NCBI GenBank assembly: GCA_973895155.1
Contig: OZ316891.1
Span: 2,409,324-2,473,323 of the forward strand
Source of the DNA: Marsupella aquatica
Lineage: Eukaryota; Plantae; Marchantiophyta
Direction of reading: 5' to 3'
DNA length: 64,000 bases
Part shown: positions 61,455 to 64,000 of the stretch, piece after piece
How the letters are laid out: each line of letters opens with the position of its first letter
How positions within the stretch are numbered: the stretch's first letter is position 1
Program-made: the position numbers and the translations under genes
Notes under the pieces: model-generated
The model's database searches: none
What the model saw: the letters and a program-made list of their open reading frames with translations, nothing else
What the model was told of the DNA's origin: nothing

Positions 61455-63271
61455 ATGTAAGTTGTAGTGAGGTGATGAACGCAGATGCACGAAATCAGCT
61501 TGGCCATTTCAATCCTCGGACAAAGATGAGCTCCAGAACTGAATGGCAGGTAAGTGTATGGTTTCGGGGTCACCTGCAAAAGTATCCCCAATCGAAAGAG
61601 GTCGATCAATTCTACTGAGTGCAAGTCTTCAAGCCGGTCAGGTGCGCCAACTCTTTGAGGAAACCAAATCTTTTATCTTTTAGTTGTCAGTAACATAATA
61701 TCTTTGAATCAAAACCTGACTGCGGACGAAGGTAGGACGGTGTTCACATCGAACCGATCGGGGTTGAAACTAAGATCTGGATAATTGGCAGGATCCGTGT
61801 GAATGAAATTGATCAACGGGGTCACGCTCCAGCCCTTTGGTATTAGATGACCTGCATGATCAATAGACTTTTATTCATATGTGAACTTGGCACGAGTTTT
61901 CTCTCGAACGTATAATTTCATGACTCGCTCATAGAGCTACTACATTTTTTTGTCGAAGAATCAGCTTATATTTCTTGAGAAGCTTGTGCTAGCAGAGGCC
62001 CTTAGAGCTTGATTAATCTGAACGTACCTACATTGAATCCGAACCTAGATATGCACAATCTGAAGCTGACAAATTGTGCTGGCTGGGTGCGTGGGAATTC
62101 AAACACTATTCAGATATTAGCAATCCCATTCAAGAACAACACGCGTAGCTTGCAATAGTAGGATCAACCTTCAAGCTCATTTCACTCACCTTCAAACTTA
62201 ACGTCTTGGGTTGCCTCCTTAAAAAGAACAGGGAGGATTGAAATGCTTCTCTGGACTTTGTTGAAGAACTGCATCCGGTTGTTCGATCAGAAGTAATTAT
62301 TTAAGTATGCCAATCGCTGAACTTTCTAGTAGAGTTCTTGTCAACTATGCATCTAATTATATGTAGGATTGTAGCTGAATTTACGCGCCTACCATCCGCA
62401 AGCATGGACCCGCGCCGGTCTCTTCATATTCGATCAATGTCCAGTATAATGGCAATCCACTTCGTTTATATATAACTTCTAACACCCGCAAGCATGGACC
62501 AGGTTTCTAAATAGCTTCATATTCGACCAATGTCCAGCATAATGGCAATCCACTTCGTTTATAACTTCATATTAGACTATTGTCCATTATATTTTCAATA
62601 CACTAGGAATCCACTTTGTTTGGTTGTACAGGGATAATCATGCATGTTACCTTACGAGTGCAAACCATTTTCCTCATATCGTCCCAAGTAAGCCTGGGCC
62701 CTTCGACGGAAGGGTCTTTGTTTTTGAGAATCTCTTGGTGCTCAGCCTGCTCACATAGTATGAGGGTTAGTATTGTAGAAGATCTGAGAAGAATAGAAGT
62801 GATAAAAGCAGAGAACGGGAGGCTGGGGCGTATACACATGCACATATAATTGAGTGACGACCAATATGGTGATATTGGGTGCTGGCATATTTCAATAAAA
62901 TACCATTGATGACGTTCAAATATTCTACTGTCATTTCAAGCTACAGACCTCTAGATATCCGAAGGCCATGCCGGATTCAAACCGAGAAGCAAAGCATTCT
63001 CCGTACCTGGCAACGGCGAAAGACCTCCGGATAGTCAATCAGATACTTAAGGATCCATACAAGAGTCGTCGAGGTAGTGTCAGAAGCACCGACGTTTATC
63101 AAAACCATGTTCTCGGCAAGCGTGAAATCATCGAGATGCTTCAGCTCTTCTAGCGCTTCAGGATCATCCCGAGCTGCCAATAGAGCTCCGAAGAAAACGC
63201 CCTCGAAAGTCTTCTGGCCCTTCGTCGGCTCAATCAGACTTTGGGAAGTGTGCTATCAAATTTGCCCGTGC
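61455..63271 (-). pseudogene. CYP85-clan cytochrome P450, 3' half, probably pseudogenised
   Basis: Exons 63007-63271, 62651-62746, 62190-62268 (79 nt), 61748-61851, 61455-61573 follow the CYP85-clan intron pattern; I-helix GASDTT, GHLIPKGW, FNPDRF, heme PFSSGAHLCP. Lesions: +1 frameshift near 63244, ExxR reads KVQR, CPG reads CPR, no clear last exon, no 5' exons in the window. Confidence 0.82.
62396..62570. repeat. ~90-bp tandem duplication in a P450 intron
   Basis: ccgcaagcatggacc...cttcatattcga.caatgtccag.ataatggcaatccacttcgtttata twice. Confidence 0.85.
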
Positions 63272-63389
63272 CTGATGAAGACAAACACCCCTATATTTCT
63301 TTCAACAAAATTTGTAAAGTCTTCTGCGCAATTGAATTAAAACAACCCTTCGTGTGCGATGGGTCAAAAGAAAAGAAATGAGGACCCCG

Positions 63390-63900
63390 GGACCTCTCCT
63401 TGCTCTAGACTGCACACACACACACACTAAGTCTACATACCCTCAGATGCTATTGGTGGCCACAGTTTTAGCCAGAGTTTTAGATGCCAACAACATTGTT
63501 ATGGTTTTGCCATATTGCATGCATGGTTCCATCAAAGAATGAACAACACTAGTTGACATTTCTGAAGTTGTTGCATGAAGCAATCCCAGAGTTGTCTACT
63601 ACTACTGGTACTGTTTTCATTTTCATTTCTAACAGAGAAAAGGGTCTTCATAATGCTGTGAATGAGGTATTCCCTAGATCATTCCATGCATTTTGCACAT
63701 GGCAGTCAGGAAAGAATTTACAAACTAAGTCATTCTAACAAGGCAGTCCGGAAAGCATTCAATGGACTAGTTTATGTTGCCAATGAAGACGAGTCCATGA
63801 GGAACCTTAATAGACCAAATTGCAGATGAGTACCCATCAGCACATGAGTACCTTGTCAAGATAGACCACTGATCCAGCTCATTATTCGAGAGCATTTATG
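63390..63900 (+). mobile_element. Degenerate Mutator-like (MULE) transposase fragment
   Basis: LDCTH..KSTYPQMLLVATV..LDANNIV, then after a frameshift FLKLL..FISNREKGLHNAVNEVFPRSFHAFCTW, matching MULE DGTH..LL.A...DANN and FISDRQKGL..AV..VFP.A.H..C. Confidence 0.85.
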
Positions 63901-64000
63901 CCTTGTCCCAGGTAAGCATGACAATTACACACTATTCTTGGTTTTTTCAACTACTGGCTAGAACTAGCATAACATAATCTGTGAGACCAGTCAAGGACTA

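Overview
Eukaryotic nuclear DNA from a land plant, probably a non-seed plant (compact GT-AG introns, nuclear NDH subunit gene, plant Ty1/copia lineages); the species cannot be fixed from sequence alone. Six protein-coding genes look intact: an LRR-I malectin-like receptor kinase (-), P4-ATPase ALA1 (-), RNA polymerase subunit RPB12 with an intronless CDS (+), PnsB1/NDF1 (-), SKA1 (+) and MET1/ZKT (-). A damaged CYP85-clan P450 (-) lies beside a MULE transposase remnant. A repeat block at about 26.7-40.9 kb holds a hAT-like MITE, a SINE head, Gypsy and Copia fragments, and a Bianca-type Copia interrupted by a Tnt1/Tork-type Copia. That inner element keeps TG..CA ends and a 5-bp TSD, but its interior is scrambled by inversions joined at PBS/CAGAGC microhomologies. 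Also notable: a three-piece plastid DNA mosaic (rpl20+ndhB+trnI-GAU) in an ALA1 intron, hairpin-dense CpG-rich segments near likely promoters, a duplicated exon-intron-like unit with no coding partner, solo LTRs near promoters and many short tandem duplications. Exon boundaries and alignments were read by eye and family names come from recalled motifs; no search was run.
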